Both the position numbers and the translations under genes were made by a program. A stretch of 64,000 bases of DNA. It comes from Candidatus Doudnabacteria bacterium (lineage in GTDB: Bacteria; Patescibacteriota; Doudnabacteria; UBA920; 2-01-FULL-46-14). Location: the NCBI GenBank assembly GCA_041497195.1, contig JBGQGB010000003.1, positions 20,260 to 84,259 on the forward strand, written 5' to 3'. Shown here piece after piece: positions 1 to 11,814 of the stretch. The notes under the pieces are model-generated. The model did no database searches. It was given only the letters and a program-made list of their open reading frames with translations, and had not been told where the DNA came from. Every line of letters starts with the position of its first letter. The first letter of the stretch is position 1.

Positions 1-176
1 AAAATCTGGAAAAACGCACGCATGCCAAATTTCTGCGGCCAAATTTGCTCCTGACGACTGACAATGCCGGCATGATTGGGGTGGCCGCTTTTTTTCACCT
101 GGCCTATGGCCAGGCCAAAACGACCTACAAAAGCGTGCGAACTGACCCCCAGTTGGTTCTCAAAAGTTGGCGGTAG
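1..176 (+). CDS. tsaD: 3' end of tRNA N6-adenosine threonylcarbamoyltransferase (TsaD/Kae1 family), partial
   Basis: Frame 3 reads through to a TAG at 174-176. The translation ...LLLTTDNAGMIGVAAFFHLAYGQAKTTY... matches the conserved C-terminal CTDNAAMIA.AG block of TsaD. The 5' end lies outside the window. Confidence 0.5.
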   Translation, partial: NLEKRTHAKFLRPNLLLTTDNAGMIGVAAFFHLAYGQAKTTYKSVRTDPQLVLKSWR

Positions 177-195
177 AGTATGCTAAACTACATTC

Positions 196-780
196 ATGCA
201 AACAGTCATTTTGGCCTCCAGTTCCCGCCAAAGAAAACAGCTCATGGAAACCCTGAATTTGCCCCTGAAACTGATGGTGCCCAATCTGGAGGAAAAATCC
301 ATTAGAGATCCTGACCCCAAAAAACGAGCGGAAAAAATCGCACGAGCAAAGGCGGAAAGTATCGCGGCCAACCCTGACGACGTCATCATTGCGGCTGATA
401 CCTATGTGGTGCATGAGGGAAAAATTTTGGAAAAGCCCGTGAGCCTGGGTGAAGCCAAACAAATGTTGCGCGCACTTTCCGGTAATCGCGCCGTTACCTA
501 TACGGGTTTTTGTTATCTCGATAGAAAAAACGGAATAGATTTTTCCACAACGACAGAGACGGCGTTTGTCTTCAGAAAATTGGCGGAAGAAGAAATCGCC
601 GCTTACGTGGCCAAATTCCCAGCGACCTCCTGGTCAGCAGCTTTCTCGCCGGCTTATCCTTATGGTCTCGGGTTGGTCACCTGGGTTGAGGGATCGTTGA
701 CCTCATTCACCCATGGCCTCCCCATGGAATTAGTGATAACATACCTACAAAAGTCAGGATTCAAAATTGCTCCAAAATAA
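196..780 (+). CDS. maf: Maf-like nucleoside triphosphate pyrophosphatase / septum formation protein
   Basis: N-terminal ILASSSRQR motif, ~190 aa length typical of the Maf family. Confidence 0.8.
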   Translation: MQTVILASSSRQRKQLMETLNLPLKLMVPNLEEKSIRDPDPKKRAEKIARAKAESIAANPDDVIIAADTYVVHEGKILEKPVSLGEAKQMLRALSGNRAVTYTGFCYLDRKNGIDFSTTTETAFVFRKLAEEEIAAYVAKFPATSWSAAFSPAYPYGLGLVTWVEGSLTSFTHGLPMELVITYLQKSGFKIAPK

Positions 781-791
781 TTTTCAAAGGC

Positions 792-3485
792 ATGAAAGAG
801 CTGGCCAAAACTTATAACCCCAAAGACACCGAAAACGCGATTTACCAAAAATGGGAAGCGTCCGGTTTCTTCAATCCTGACAATCTGGAAAAGGCGAGCG
901 ACCGCTTCTGGAATGCCGAAGTTTTTTCCATAGCCATGCCGCCGCCCAATATCACGGCCGTGCTCCATTTGGGTTCAGCCCTGTTCCTCACGATCGAGGA
1001 CATCATGACTCGGTACGCCCGGATGTCCGGCAAAAAAACCTTGTGGCTGCCGGGGACTGATCATGCGGCGATTGCGACAAATAGTGTCGTGGAGCGGCAA
1101 ATCTGGGAACAAGAAAAAAAAAGCCTGCATGATATCGGCCGGGAGGAATTCTTGCGCCGGGTGGAAGAGTTCATCAGCCAAACCCGCGGCCGCATCCAGG
1201 TGCAAATCCGGGCCATGGGCTCCTCCTGCGACTGGTCGCGGGAAAAATATACCTTTTCTCCGGAATTGTCTGTGGCCGTGCGCACGATTTTCAAAAAATT
1301 CTACGACGCGGGCCTCATTTATCGCGGCGAGCGCATCGTAAATTGGTGCCCGCACGACGGCACGACCTTGGCTGACGACGAAGTCGAATACCGCCCGACG
1401 CAAGGACAATTGTACTATATCCGCTATCACCTCACGCAGGGCAAAGGAGTGCTGACTGTGGCGACCACCCGACCGGAAACCATGCTGGGCGATACTGCGC
1501 TGGCGGTGCACCCGCAAGACCCACGCTACAAACAGTATGTCGGCCAACACGTGATGCTACCCATAGTCAACCGCGAACTGCCGGTCGTGGCGGACGAAGA
1601 GGTGGACCGAGAATTCGGCAGCGGGGTGCTCAAAGTCACGCCCGGGCACGACCCACATGATTTTGAAATCGGCAAACGGCACAACCTGGAAACTATCAAC
1701 CTGTTTACACCAGAAGGGAAAATCAACGAACAGGAAGCCTACGACCACGGGTTTGAAGAGTTTGCCAATCTGACCGCGCCTGAAGCGCGCGCCAAAATCG
1801 TGCAGGCCCTCACGGAGGCAGGCTTTCTGGAAAAAACTGAAAGTCTGACGCACAATGTCGGGGTCTGCTACCGTTGCGAAAATATCGTCGAGCCGATCGT
1901 GTCCAAGCAATGGTTTGTCGACGTCAACAAAAAAATCAAGCTAAACAGAGACAAGTTCCAAAGCCTGTTGAAACTGCCTGCGGAAGCAAGTCTCCGGGAA
2001 ATCGGGACTGCATCGGTCAAAAGCGGGGCGATCAAAATCATTCCCGAACGCTTTGGCAAAATTTATCTGCAGTGGATGGACAATCTGCATGACTGGAATA
2101 TTTCCCGGCAAATCTGGTTCGGCCACCGCATCCCCGTGTGGTACTGCGACAACTGCGGCGAAACAATTGTTGCTGTGGACGCCCCACAAACTTGCTCCTC
2201 CTGCGGCAAAAACCAGCTCACTCAGGATCCGGACACTTTAGACACTTGGTTCAGTAGCAGTCTGTGGACATTTTCTACGCTGGGCTGGCCGAAGGAAACA
2301 GTAGACCTCATGACTTATCACCCGACGACTATTCTCGAAACCGGCTATGATATTTTGTTTTTTTGGGTGGCCCGGATGATTCTGATGACTGGGTTCGCTC
2401 TAGAGGACATTCCCTTTCACACCGTCTATCTACATGGGCTGGTGCGGGATCTGAAAGGCAAAAAAATGAGCAAATCCAAAGGCAATGTCGTGAATCCTTT
2501 GGATATGATTGAAAAGTACGGCACTGATGCGCTGCGTCTCTCTCTGATTCTCGGCACGACTCCAGGGAATGATAGCAAAACCTCGGAAACGAAAATTCAA
2601 AACTACCGCAATTTCGTGAACAAGCTCTGGAACATCTCCAGATTTATCTTGAGCAGCTCCTCGGACGAAAAAACCTGGCCTGGACCAGCCGCCCCCGACC
2701 CCCAAACTCTGGCTGACCAATGGATCCTTTCCCAACTCGACATCCTGACCGCTAAAGTGCGGTCCAGTCTGGATGCGTATCAATATAGTCTGGCCGGGGA
2801 ATTGCTGGAAACTTTCACCTGGACCGACCTGGCGGATTGGTATGTGGAGGTGAGCAAAGTGGAAAAAGGCAAGGGAACTATTTTGAAATACCTACTCGGA
2901 GAACTGCTCAAACTCTGGCATCCGTTCATTCCGTTTGTGACCGAACAGCTGTGGTCGCAATTTTCTCCAGAATTTTTGATGATTCAGCCTTATCCGCAAG
3001 CCCAAACCGCAAAAAACACCAAAGAACTAGGCGAAAAATTTTTGAAACTGCAGCAACTCATCAGCGGACTGCGGAATCTGCGTGCGGAATACCACCAACC
3101 CCCGGCGCCAATTTTTGCCAGTTACCTCGAGCTGCTACCTCAATTTGAATGGCTAAAAGAGCAAACTGCCCTGATTGAAAAGCTCGCCCGGGTGAAGCTC
3201 AATTTGGAAGCAGTGGACGCTACCAAGAAAATGCCCTATTTCCTGTGGGAAAACCAGCGAGTCTATCTGATTATGCCAAACTTCGATCCGGACAAAGAGC
3301 TCATGCTCGCGGAAAAAGAGCTCAAAATAACGGAAATCTTACGCAAAAAATTTGCCGCTCAGCTTAACAAAAAAGATTTCGCCAGTAAAGCCCCAGCCGA
3401 GGTGGTCGCAACCCTCCAACGCAATTTTGCGGAAGCAGAAGAACGGGCCAAAAAATTAAAAACCAAGCTCGAGTCGTTACGATAA
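792..3485 (+). CDS. valS: valyl-tRNA synthetase
   Basis: 897 aa. PPPN(I)T...HLGSAL (HIGH-region variant), KMSKSKGN, editing domain, anticodon-binding domain and C-terminal coiled coil. Confidence 0.93.
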   Translation: MKELAKTYNPKDTENAIYQKWEASGFFNPDNLEKASDRFWNAEVFSIAMPPPNITAVLHLGSALFLTIEDIMTRYARMSGKKTLWLPGTDHAAIATNSVVERQIWEQEKKSLHDIGREEFLRRVEEFISQTRGRIQVQIRAMGSSCDWSREKYTFSPELSVAVRTIFKKFYDAGLIYRGERIVNWCPHDGTTLADDEVEYRPTQGQLYYIRYHLTQGKGVLTVATTRPETMLGDTALAVHPQDPRYKQYVGQHVMLPIVNRELPVVADEEVDREFGSGVLKVTPGHDPHDFEIGKRHNLETINLFTPEGKINEQEAYDHGFEEFANLTAPEARAKIVQALTEAGFLEKTESLTHNVGVCYRCENIVEPIVSKQWFVDVNKKIKLNRDKFQSLLKLPAEASLREIGTASVKSGAIKIIPERFGKIYLQWMDNLHDWNISRQIWFGHRIPVWYCDNCGETIVAVDAPQTCSSCGKNQLTQDPDTLDTWFSSSLWTFSTLGWPKETVDLMTYHPTTILETGYDILFFWVARMILMTGFALEDIPFHTVYLHGLVRDLKGKKMSKSKGNVVNPLDMIEKYGTDALRLSLILGTTPGNDSKTSETKIQNYRNFVNKLWNISRFILSSSSDEKTWPGPAAPDPQTLADQWILSQLDILTAKVRSSLDAYQYSLAGELLETFTWTDLADWYVEVSKVEKGKGTILKYLLGELLKLWHPFIPFVTEQLWSQFSPEFLMIQPYPQAQTAKNTKELGEKFLKLQQLISGLRNLRAEYHQPPAPIFASYLELLPQFEWLKEQTALIEKLARVKLNLEAVDATKKMPYFLWENQRVYLIMPNFDPDKELMLAEKELKITEILRKKFAAQLNKKDFASKAPAEVVATLQRNFAEAEERAKKLKTKLESLR

Positions 3486-3492
3486 ATACTCT

Positions 3493-3969
3493 ATGACCGA
3501 ATATGGAAAAAATCCAGGAGAATTCTCAGAACACCAGGCGCTAGCAGAGCCTCAGGTTTTGGAATATGAGTTGCCAAGTGATACAAACGAAATTGACCGT
3601 GTGCAAAAAGACTTTGTAAATGCACTGACTAGGCTTGGCTGGGAAGAAGAAACAGGGCCACATTTGTTAGATTTGGCCTTGCGCGAAAGCATTATCAATG
3701 CCATAAAATATGGCAATCAATCTGACAAAACCAAACCAGTCAAAGTCCGCATCTCAGTCAGCCAGACCAACATTACAGTCAGTATCATTGATACAGGGCC
3801 AGGCTTCGACCTGGAAAACGTCCCCAGTCCTATAGAGGAAGAAGGCATTCTGCGAACCAGCGGGCGCGGAGTGTTTTTGATGCAGCAGACTTTTGATACT
3901 GTGGACAGTGTTCGGCATGAGGACGGGTTCGAAATTCGGATGAGCAAAACGCGGCCGGCCGCTCAATAA
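3493..3969 (+). CDS. anti-sigma regulatory factor-like GHKL ATPase / serine protein kinase (RsbW/SpoIIAB family, HATPase_c_2)
   Basis: 158 aa. Contains INAIKYGN...IDTGPGFD...GRGVFLMQ motifs of RsbW-like kinases. Starts 8 bp after the valS stop. Confidence 0.65.
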   Translation: MTEYGKNPGEFSEHQALAEPQVLEYELPSDTNEIDRVQKDFVNALTRLGWEEETGPHLLDLALRESIINAIKYGNQSDKTKPVKVRISVSQTNITVSIIDTGPGFDLENVPSPIEEEGILRTSGRGVFLMQQTFDTVDSVRHEDGFEIRMSKTRPAAQ

Positions 3970-3996
3970 AAAGAAATACAACCCACAGACTACAAC

Positions 3997-4024
3997 AAAA
4001 AATCCCCCCGTTCGGAGGGATTTT
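3997..4024. terminator. bidirectional rho-independent terminator between the GHKL kinase gene (+) and rpoC (-)
   Basis: Hairpin AATCCCCCCG-TT-CGGAGGGATT flanked by an A-run on the 5' side and a T-run on the 3' side. It sits between convergent genes. Confidence 0.5.
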
Positions 4025-4040
4025 GCGAAATCACAAAACT

Positions 4041-7000
4041 TTATTCTTCACCAATGAGCTCACTGCCCTGGGTTTGTTCTTCGAGATTGCCGAGTCGGTC
4101 CAGACTGAAGCCAGTGCCAGCGGGAATCAGTTTACCGATAATCACATTTTCTTTGAGCCCTTTGAGATAATCTGTCTTCGCGCTCACTGAGGCCTCGATG
4201 AGCACGCGAGTGGTTTCCTGAAAAGACGCAGCTGCCAGAAACGACTCGGTATTGAGCGACGCCTTGGTAATGCCCATGAGTAATTGCTCGGCTTCGGCTT
4301 TTTTACCACCCTTGGGCAGAGCTTTGTTCACCTCGCCAAAATGCAAGCGGTCATCAATGTCCCCGACTAAATATTCCGTGTCGCCTGGTTCAACAATGCG
4401 GAGTTTGTGGAACATTTGCCGAGCGATGATTTCAATGTGCTTGTCAGCAATATTCTGACCTTGCGAAGAATAAATATCTTGGACCTCGCGAATGATATAA
4501 TTCTGGCAAACTTCCACTCCTTGCAAGCCCATGATCTGGTGCAAATTCAAATTCCCCTCAGTCAGCTGCTGGCCTTTGGTGACCAGGTCAGCGTCCTTGA
4601 CCATCAGCTGCACTGCCGAGGGCACAATATATTCGCGGAAATTTTCCGTCTCGCGCATGACCACGAGTTTGCGCTGACCATCCTCAGCCGTTTCCATTTT
4701 CACAGTCCCGGAATTTTTGGCTTTCTGGGTTTGGCCTTGCTCGTCGATGACGATCGGGTCGCCTTTTTTGACTTTTTCTCCGTCAGTCAACTGCGGGGTT
4801 TTGCCCGCGGGCAATAAATATTCATCTTTGTGCAAATCCTCGGCCTCCACGCGCAAAATCAACTCTTTGGAATTCGGCCGGGAAATATAAACCAGGCCGT
4901 CAATCTCTGACACTACGGCTTGGCCTTTGGGCTCCCGGGCCTCAAACAATTCTTCCACCCGCGGCAACCCTTGCGTGATATCCAGTCCGGCTACGCCGCC
5001 AGTGTGAAAAGTCCGCATGGTCAGCTGCGTGCCCGGTTCACCGATGGCTTGAGCCGCGACAATCCCGACCGCAGCGCCCAACTCCACCATCCTGTTGTAA
5101 CCCAAATCAAACCCGTAACAATTGGCGCAGACGCCGCGTTTGAGAGTACAGTGCAAAACTGACCGGACCGCGACTTCTTCCACTCCGCTTTTATCCAGCT
5201 CCGGTGCGAGCACATCATCCACCACCTGGCCCCGCTTGGCCAGAGGCTTCTTGGTCTTGGGGCTGACCACGTCCGCGGCCAGAACCCGACCAAACAAACG
5301 CTCGGTCATGGTTTTGCCCATTTCCTGAGTCAGCTTTCTGGTAATCATGATGCCTTCTTTGGTGCCGCAGTCTTCTTTATTGACCACCACGTCTTGGGCG
5401 ACGTCAACTAATCGACGCGTCAGATATCCGGCGTCAGCGGTCCGCAGGGCGGTGTCGCTCATCCCTTTCCGGGATCCGTGCGTAGAAATGAAATATTCCA
5501 AAATGCTCAAACCTTCTTTGAAACTGTCCCGCACCGGCAGTTCGATGACATCCCCGGCCGGGTTCACCACCAAACCTTTCATCCCGGTCATCTGGGAAAC
5601 CTGGGACAGCGAGCCTCTGGCCCCGGAAGTGACCATGGAAAAAACCGGTCCGTCTGGATCCAAAGATTTGTTGACCGCATCTGTAACTTTATCCCGGACT
5701 TCCGCCCAGATTTCCACGACCCGATTGTACCGTTCCGGATCCGTGAGCAAACCTTCCCGATACTGCTCATAAGTGCGCTGGACTTCCTCGTCCGCTTTCG
5801 CCAACAGCGCGTACTTGACCTCTGGAACCCGCAAATCGTCCATGCCCCAAGACAAACCGGAATTGGTGAGGTGCGTAAATCCAATTTTTTTGATTTCATC
5901 AATCAGAATCGCGGTCCGTTCAGTGCCGAGGTGGCGGTAGCATTCCCGGACCACGTTGCGCAAGCGTTTTTTATCCATGATTTCATTGATGAACTGCAAT
6001 TCTTCGGGCAACACTTGATTAAACAAAATCCGGCCGACGCAAGTCTCCATGAGTTCGCCTTTGATCCGGACTTTTATTTTGGCCTTGAGGGACAAAACGT
6101 CGGACTGGTAGGCCAGGATGGCTTCCGTTGAATCGCCAAAAATCTTATTCTCGCCCAGAGCGCCATCGCGGATCTGCGTGATGTAATAGCAGCCGAGCAC
6201 CACATCCTTGTCCGGGGTCATGATTGGCTCCCCGCTGGCTGGCTTCAACAGATTGTGAGACGAAACCATCAGCTCTCTCGCTTCAGTTTGCGCCCGGGGA
6301 GTCAGCGGGACGTGCACGGCCATTTGGTCACCATCAAAATCCGCATTGAACGCCTGACAAACCATGGGGTGGATTTGAATCGCTTTGCCTTCAATCAAAA
6401 CAGGCTGGAAAGCCTGGAACCCCAAACGGTGCAGGGTCGGGGCGCGATTGAGCAGAACATAATGATCTTTGGTAACCTCTTCCAAAATGTCATAAACTTC
6501 GGCGCGCTGCTGTTCGATGAGGCGATTGGCCGAGCGGACGTTGTGGGCGAATTCGCGGGAAATCAGTTTGGAAATCACGAACGGCTTGAACAGCTCCAGG
6601 GCCATTCGTTTCGGCAGCCCGCACTGATGCAATTTCAGTTCCGGTCCCACCACAATCACGGACCGACCGGAATAATCCACGCGCTTGCCCAAAAGGTTCT
6701 GGCGAAAGCGCCCCTGCTTGCCTTTGAGCATGTCAGCCAGAGAACGCAACTTGCGGCGCTGCCCAGTGGAAGCAGTGACCTCTTTGCCGTGGCGGATCGA
6801 ATTGTCGATGAGGGCATCTACAGCTTCCTGCAACATACGTTTTTCGTTGCGCGTAATCACTTCGGGAGCATTTATTTCCAGGAGTCGCTTCAACCGGTTA
6901 TTGCGGTTGATGACGCGGCGATACAAATCGTTGAGGTCAGAAGCGGCGAAGCGGCCACCGTCCAGCTGAACCATCGGTCGCAGATCTGGGGGGATGACTG

Positions 7001-7934
7001 GCAACATATTGATGAGCATCCACTCGGGTCGCATCCCGCCTTTAAGCAGAGATTTGGACAATTTCAAGCGCTTGATCGTTTTCCGGCGGGCCGCTCCTTC
7101 GGCAGTGATGAGTTCTTGCTCCAATTCCCCAACCAGTTTTTCCAGGTCAACAGCTTTGACGATCTGCCAGATGGCTTCCGCACCAATGCTGGCCTTGAAT
7201 ACCGGGCCGTATTTCAGAGATAAATCCCGGTATTCCAGCTCGGAGATGACTTGCATCTTTTTGATGCTTTTGAGCTCGGAGCGGGCCAAATCGCGGATTT
7301 TTTCCAAACCCGCAATTTCGTGCTGCATGTTTTCCTTGAGGTTATTGACTTCGGTCTCTACCTTGGCCTCGAAGACTTCGCGATCCTGACCATCTTGAGC
7401 TTTGGCCGTTTTGGCCTTGCCTAAAAGTTTTTCAAAGCGGACTTCGATTTCTTTCTTTTTGATCTTGAACTCCTTTTCAATCTGGGCCAAAGTTTCCGCG
7501 CGGGCGTCTTCTTTTACGTCCGTAATAATGTAAGAAGCAAAATAAACGACTTTTTCCATCTCCTGCACGGAGAGATTCAAAATCAAACCCAAACGGGAAG
7601 GAACACCGCGTAAAAACCAAATGTGCGCCACCGGCACGGCCAATTTGATATGACCCATGCGCTCGCGCCGAACCTGCGCGCGCGTTACTTCGACGCCGCA
7701 CTTGTCGCAAATAATCCCTTTGTAACGAATCCGTTTGTATTTGCCGCAATAACATTCCCAGTCTTTCACGGGTCCAAAAATTTTCTCATCAAACAGCCCG
7801 TCTTTTTCCGGGCGCTGGGTCCGATAATTGATAGTCTCCGGCTTGGTAACCTCGCCATAAGACCATTCCGAAATCAGCTCCGGGGAGGCGAGCTTGACTT
7901 GGACGGCTTTGAATTCCGAAGTTTTTTGAAACAT
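4041..7934 (-). CDS. rpoC: DNA-directed RNA polymerase subunit beta'
   Basis: 1297 aa. [14 protein letters not shown] catalytic motif, zinc-binding cysteines ([18 protein letters not shown]). Confidence 0.97.
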   Translation of the reverse strand: MFQKTSEFKAVQVKLASPELISEWSYGEVTKPETINYRTQRPEKDGLFDEKIFGPVKDWECYCGKYKRIRYKGIICDKCGVEVTRAQVRRERMGHIKLAVPVAHIWFLRGVPSRLGLILNLSVQEMEKVVYFASYIITDVKEDARAETLAQIEKEFKIKKKEIEVRFEKLLGKAKTAKAQDGQDREVFEAKVETEVNNLKENMQHEIAGLEKIRDLARSELKSIKKMQVISELEYRDLSLKYGPVFKASIGAEAIWQIVKAVDLEKLVGELEQELITAEGAARRKTIKRLKLSKSLLKGGMRPEWMLINMLPVIPPDLRPMVQLDGGRFAASDLNDLYRRVINRNNRLKRLLEINAPEVITRNEKRMLQEAVDALIDNSIRHGKEVTASTGQRRKLRSLADMLKGKQGRFRQNLLGKRVDYSGRSVIVVGPELKLHQCGLPKRMALELFKPFVISKLISREFAHNVRSANRLIEQQRAEVYDILEEVTKDHYVLLNRAPTLHRLGFQAFQPVLIEGKAIQIHPMVCQAFNADFDGDQMAVHVPLTPRAQTEARELMVSSHNLLKPASGEPIMTPDKDVVLGCYYITQIRDGALGENKIFGDSTEAILAYQSDVLSLKAKIKVRIKGELMETCVGRILFNQVLPEELQFINEIMDKKRLRNVVRECYRHLGTERTAILIDEIKKIGFTHLTNSGLSWGMDDLRVPEVKYALLAKADEEVQRTYEQYREGLLTDPERYNRVVEIWAEVRDKVTDAVNKSLDPDGPVFSMVTSGARGSLSQVSQMTGMKGLVVNPAGDVIELPVRDSFKEGLSILEYFISTHGSRKGMSDTALRTADAGYLTRRLVDVAQDVVVNKEDCGTKEGIMITRKLTQEMGKTMTERLFGRVLAADVVSPKTKKPLAKRGQVVDDVLAPELDKSGVEEVAVRSVLHCTLKRGVCANCYGFDLGYNRMVELGAAVGIVAAQAIGEPGTQLTMRTFHTGGVAGLDITQGLPRVEELFEAREPKGQAVVSEIDGLVYISRPNSKELILRVEAEDLHKDEYLLPAGKTPQLTDGEKVKKGDPIVIDEQGQTQKAKNSGTVKMETAEDGQRKLVVMRETENFREYIVPSAVQLMVKDADLVTKGQQLTEGNLNLHQIMGLQGVEVCQNYIIREVQDIYSSQGQNIADKHIEIIARQMFHKLRIVEPGDTEYLVGDIDDRLHFGEVNKALPKGGKKAEAEQLLMGITKASLNTESFLAAASFQETTRVLIEASVSAKTDYLKGLKENVIIGKLIPAGTGFSLDRLGNLEEQTQGSELIGEE

Positions 7935-7943
7935 AAATTTAGC

Positions 7944-10900
7944 TTAGGCTTCTCTAATTTCCCGGGTTCGTTTTTCCTTTATGGTTTCCCGCTCCGACAG
8001 AGTAACGAGCTCTCTGACCTCCCCCTCTTCCGAACCGATGACTTCTTCCCCGATCAAATTCACATCCAGACACAAGGATTGCAGTTCTTTGACCAACACC
8101 CGAAAAGATTCCGGCACGTTCGGGGTCTTGATCGGCTCTCCTTTCACAATTGATTCATAGGTTTTGGACCGTCCCACGACGTCATCTGATTTGATCGTCA
8201 GCATTTCTTGCAAAGTGTGCGCCGCCCCATAACCTTCCAGGGCCCAGACTTCCATTTCCCCGAACCGCTGGCCGCCGAATTGGGCTTTGCCACCGAGGGG
8301 CTGCTGGGTGATCAAAGAGTAGGGCCCGGTCGAGCGAGCATGCATTTTATCGTCAACCAAATGATGAAGCTTCATCATATAGATGTAACCGACCGTGACT
8401 TTGCCATCGAAAGATTTGCCGGCCTTGCCGTCGTAAAGCATCACTTTCCCGTCTTCCGGATAGCCGCCTTTTTTCAATTCCTGCTTAATAATTTCTTCGG
8501 TCACCCCGTCGAGAACCGGGCTGGCGACTTTGTAGCCGAGTTTGTGCGCGGCCAGGCCCAAATGGGTTTCCAGAATTTGGCCCAAATTCATACGGGAGGC
8601 CACGCCCAAAGGATTGAGAATAATATCCACCGGCGTCCCGTCCTCCATGAAAGGCATGTCTTCTATTGGGACGATCCTGGAAATGACACCTTTGTTCCCG
8701 TGCCGGCCGGCCATTTTGTCTCCTACGGAAATTTTCCGAACCACGGCCACTGAAACTTGGATGGAGCGAATCACGCCAGAAGGCAATTTGTCGCCCTTGT
8801 CTCGGGAAAATTCGCGAATATTCACGACTTTCCCGTATTCGCCGTGCGGCAGACTCAGGGACGTATCTTTCACGTCACGGGCTTTTTCCCCGAAAATTAC
8901 GCGTAACAATTTCTCTTCCGCGGTCAGATCGGTTTCGCCTTTCGGGGTAATTTTGCCGACCAGGATATCGCCGGCTTTCACCTGGGCGCCGATGCGGACC
9001 ACTCCAGTTTCGTCCAAATCCTTGAGTTTTTCCTCGCCGACATTCGGAATGTCCCGGGTCACGATCTCAGGCCCCAGCTTGGTGTCTCGCACGTCCACCT
9101 TGAAATCTTCAATGTGGATAGAACTGAACCGGTCGTCTTGTACCAGGCGGGAAGAAATAATCACCGCATCCTCGTAATTGTATCCACTCCATGACATGAA
9201 CGCGACCAACACGTTCTGGCCCAAAGCCAGCTCTCCCTGCTCAGTCGCCGGTCCGTCAGCCAGGGCCTGCCCGCGCAAAACTTTTTCCTCGCGGCGGACG
9301 ATCGGCTTTTGATTGATGCTGGTGGACGTATTGGAGCGTAAAAACTTTTTCAGGAAATATTCGCGTTTGGTGCCCTCGTCGTCGGTCACCACAATTTTTT
9401 CCCCGGTCACGGAAGTGACGGTGCCGGACGCCTCACAAAGCACGATCTGCCCGGAATCAAACGCGGCTTTTTCCTCAACACCGGTGCCCACGATTGGGGA
9501 TTGCGGCCGGATGCAAGGGACAGCCTGGCGCTGCATGTTGGAGCCCATCAAAGCGCGGTTGGCGTCATCATGCTCCAGAAAAGGAATCAGGGACGTGGTA
9601 ATCGACACAATTTGTTTGGGCGAAACATCCATATAATCAATATCCGCAGTGGAAGCGATGGACGGTTCGCTGTGAACCCGCACTGGGACCCGGTCTTTGA
9701 CGAAATATCCCTGCGCGTCGATCTCGGTATTCGCCTGGGCGATGATGTATTGTCCCTCTTCGTGCGCATCCAGATAATCAATCTGGTCGGTGATGTGGCG
9801 CCGCCCATCGGCTTCTTTGGCCACTTTTCGGTAGGGGGTTTCAATAAAACCAAATTCGTTCACGCTCGCGTAGGAAGCCAAGTGGGCCACCAGACCGATA
9901 TTCGGGCCCTCCGGCGTGGTAATCGGGCACAGCCGGCCATAGTGGGAGCGGTGCACATCGCGAACCTCGAAGCCAGCGCGCTCGCGGGACAAGCCCCCCG
10001 GTCCCATGGCCGAGAGCCGCCGCTTGTGTTCGAGCTCGGCCAAAGGATTGGTCTGATCCATGAATTGCGAAAGCTGGGACGAGGAAAAAAACTCTTGCAT
10101 CACCGCCACAATCGGGCGGACATGAATGAGCTGCGCCGGCATGACTGTCTCCAGATCAGCCAGGCTCATCCGGTCTTTGGCGATGCGGCTCATGCGCGTG
10201 AGCCCCACGCGGAATTTGGTCTGAATGAGTTCCCCCACCGAGCGCACCCGCCGATTGGCCAAATGGTCGATGTCGTCCGGCGGCTCTTGCGAATTGTTCA
10301 GGGACACAATTTCCCGAATAACCCCGATTAAATCATCTTTGGTCAAAATCCGATCCTGCCTGTCCTTGATGCGCAACCGCTGGTTGAATTTGTAGCGCCC
10401 CACTTCCGAGAGATCATATCGGTCAAAATTGAAAAACATCGCTTCGATCAGCGAGCGGGCGTTGTCAACCGTTGCCAAATCACCCGGACGGATTCTCTTA
10501 TAAACTTCCTTAAATCCTCCGTCGGAATTTTTGGAAGAATCTTTTTCCAGAGTATTCTGGATGTATTTCAAATCAGGATTGGTATCAACGTCGGCAAAAG
10601 CCGCCAAAATTTCCTCATCCGTGGACAAACCAAACACTCTCATCAGCGCCGTCACCGGGATGCGGCGTTTTCTATCAATTTTCACGCCAATCACGCCATT
10701 GAGATCAGTATCAAACTCCAGCCAGGCCCCACGATTGGGAATAATTTTGCCGCCGTAGTAGTTACGGCCTCTGGCGTAAGTAGCACTGAAGAAAGCACCT
10801 GGCGATTTGATGAGCTGGGACACGACCACGCGTTCGACGCCATTGATCACGAATGTCCCCCGGTTGGTCATCAATGGAAAATCGCCCAGATACACGTCCT

Positions 10901-11249
10901 GGGTCTTGGTTTTATTCTTGGCTTTGTTGATAAGCTTCACCTGCACGTACAAGGGCGCCTCATAAGTAGTATTGCGCTCCTTGGCCACGAGCTCGTTAAA
11001 TTTCGGCTTGTCCAAAAAATATTGCCCAAAGTGCAGCTCCAGGTTCTTGCCCGTAAAATCCTTAACCGGGCTGATTTCTTCAAAAAGCTCCTTTAACCCT
11101 TTTTCAAAAAACCAACCATAGGATCGGGTCTGGATTTCGATCAGGTTCGGCAGGTCCATAACTTCGGGGATGGTGCTAAACCGCTTGCGCTTGGCCGCCA
11201 CACTTTTGCGGATGGGCAATATGGCAGATTGGGGTTTTTTGGTAGACAT
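7944..11249 (-). CDS. rpoB: DNA-directed RNA polymerase subunit beta
   Basis: 1101 aa with conserved beta-subunit blocks. Lies immediately upstream of rpoC on the same strand. Confidence 0.97.
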   Translation of the reverse strand: MSTKKPQSAILPIRKSVAAKRKRFSTIPEVMDLPNLIEIQTRSYGWFFEKGLKELFEEISPVKDFTGKNLELHFGQYFLDKPKFNELVAKERNTTYEAPLYVQVKLINKAKNKTKTQDVYLGDFPLMTNRGTFVINGVERVVVSQLIKSPGAFFSATYARGRNYYGGKIIPNRGAWLEFDTDLNGVIGVKIDRKRRIPVTALMRVFGLSTDEEILAAFADVDTNPDLKYIQNTLEKDSSKNSDGGFKEVYKRIRPGDLATVDNARSLIEAMFFNFDRYDLSEVGRYKFNQRLRIKDRQDRILTKDDLIGVIREIVSLNNSQEPPDDIDHLANRRVRSVGELIQTKFRVGLTRMSRIAKDRMSLADLETVMPAQLIHVRPIVAVMQEFFSSSQLSQFMDQTNPLAELEHKRRLSAMGPGGLSRERAGFEVRDVHRSHYGRLCPITTPEGPNIGLVAHLASYASVNEFGFIETPYRKVAKEADGRRHITDQIDYLDAHEEGQYIIAQANTEIDAQGYFVKDRVPVRVHSEPSIASTADIDYMDVSPKQIVSITTSLIPFLEHDDANRALMGSNMQRQAVPCIRPQSPIVGTGVEEKAAFDSGQIVLCEASGTVTSVTGEKIVVTDDEGTKREYFLKKFLRSNTSTSINQKPIVRREEKVLRGQALADGPATEQGELALGQNVLVAFMSWSGYNYEDAVIISSRLVQDDRFSSIHIEDFKVDVRDTKLGPEIVTRDIPNVGEEKLKDLDETGVVRIGAQVKAGDILVGKITPKGETDLTAEEKLLRVIFGEKARDVKDTSLSLPHGEYGKVVNIREFSRDKGDKLPSGVIRSIQVSVAVVRKISVGDKMAGRHGNKGVISRIVPIEDMPFMEDGTPVDIILNPLGVASRMNLGQILETHLGLAAHKLGYKVASPVLDGVTEEIIKQELKKGGYPEDGKVMLYDGKAGKSFDGKVTVGYIYMMKLHHLVDDKMHARSTGPYSLITQQPLGGKAQFGGQRFGEMEVWALEGYGAAHTLQEMLTIKSDDVVGRSKTYESIVKGEPIKTPNVPESFRVLVKELQSLCLDVNLIGEEVIGSEEGEVRELVTLSERETIKEKRTREIREA

Positions 11250-11473
11250 AGCGAGAGTAATAAACTTCGATTAGCTACTATTTTGCCCTGCTTTTTATTT
11301 TTGTTTTAATTTCGCCTCCCCAGGCTTCGGCTGACTAATGGGGTTCCCAGGCCGGTGCTTCTAAAATCGAGCGACCGAAGTGGAATTATCGAGCACAAAA
11401 ACATTCCCTAGATGCAAAAGCAAAAAGGGCCAAGTTAATGGCTCTACCATACGAACATATTGTGCATACTTTT

Positions 11474-11501
11474 ATCTTACTCAGATAAAAAAGTTTGTCA
11501 A
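11474..11501 (-). promoter_or_regulatory. candidate sigma70-type promoter for rpoB (-35 TTGACA, -10 TAAGAT)
   Basis: Minus-strand TTGACA, a 16-nt spacer, then TAAGAT. Lies ~220 nt upstream of the rpoB ATG. Motif match only. Confidence 0.3.
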
Positions 11502-11535
11502 GTCGAAAATATTTAAGGGCTGAAAACAATGGGTT

Positions 11536-11814
11536 TTATTTCAGTTTGGTTGATTTCTGCCAGCGTTTCAACACGTAAATCTGCTGCCACCAATATTGTC
11601 CTTGCCACAGTCCAAAACCTGCTCCGGCAATCAAAAGGATGATGCTGAAAATACTGTGGAGGGCAAACCATTGCTGCCAAGTCAGGCCAAAACCGTATCG
11701 CGCAAAATCCGCGGTCAAAAGCTGAATATAGGAAATCTCAATCATCCTGTGAATCAAAAACTGCAGAAGAATCTCTAGTGTAGTAAAGGCCACAATGTAA
11801 ATAAACTTTTTCAT
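11536..11814 (-). CDS. small predicted membrane protein (2 TM helices), hypothetical
   Basis: 92 aa with two hydrophobic segments. Overlaps the stop of the upstream dehydrogenase gene by 4 bp, implying co-transcription. Confidence 0.4.
   Translation of the reverse strand: MKKFIYIVAFTTLEILLQFLIHRMIEISYIQLLTADFARYGFGLTWQQWFALHSIFSIILLIAGAGFGLWQGQYWWQQIYVLKRWQKSTKLK

Noticed and set aside
6255-7223. 322-aa ORF on the plus strand inside rpoC, and many similar antisense/shadow ORFs in the track (e.g. 975-1550, 5478-6131, 8208-10331 set, 16929-17723, 40506-40916, 56525-57313)
   Set aside because: They lie entirely within strongly supported genes on the opposite strand or in another frame. Their sequences are low-complexity and R/P/G-rich, typical of antisense translation of GC-rich coding sequence. 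No independent motif support.
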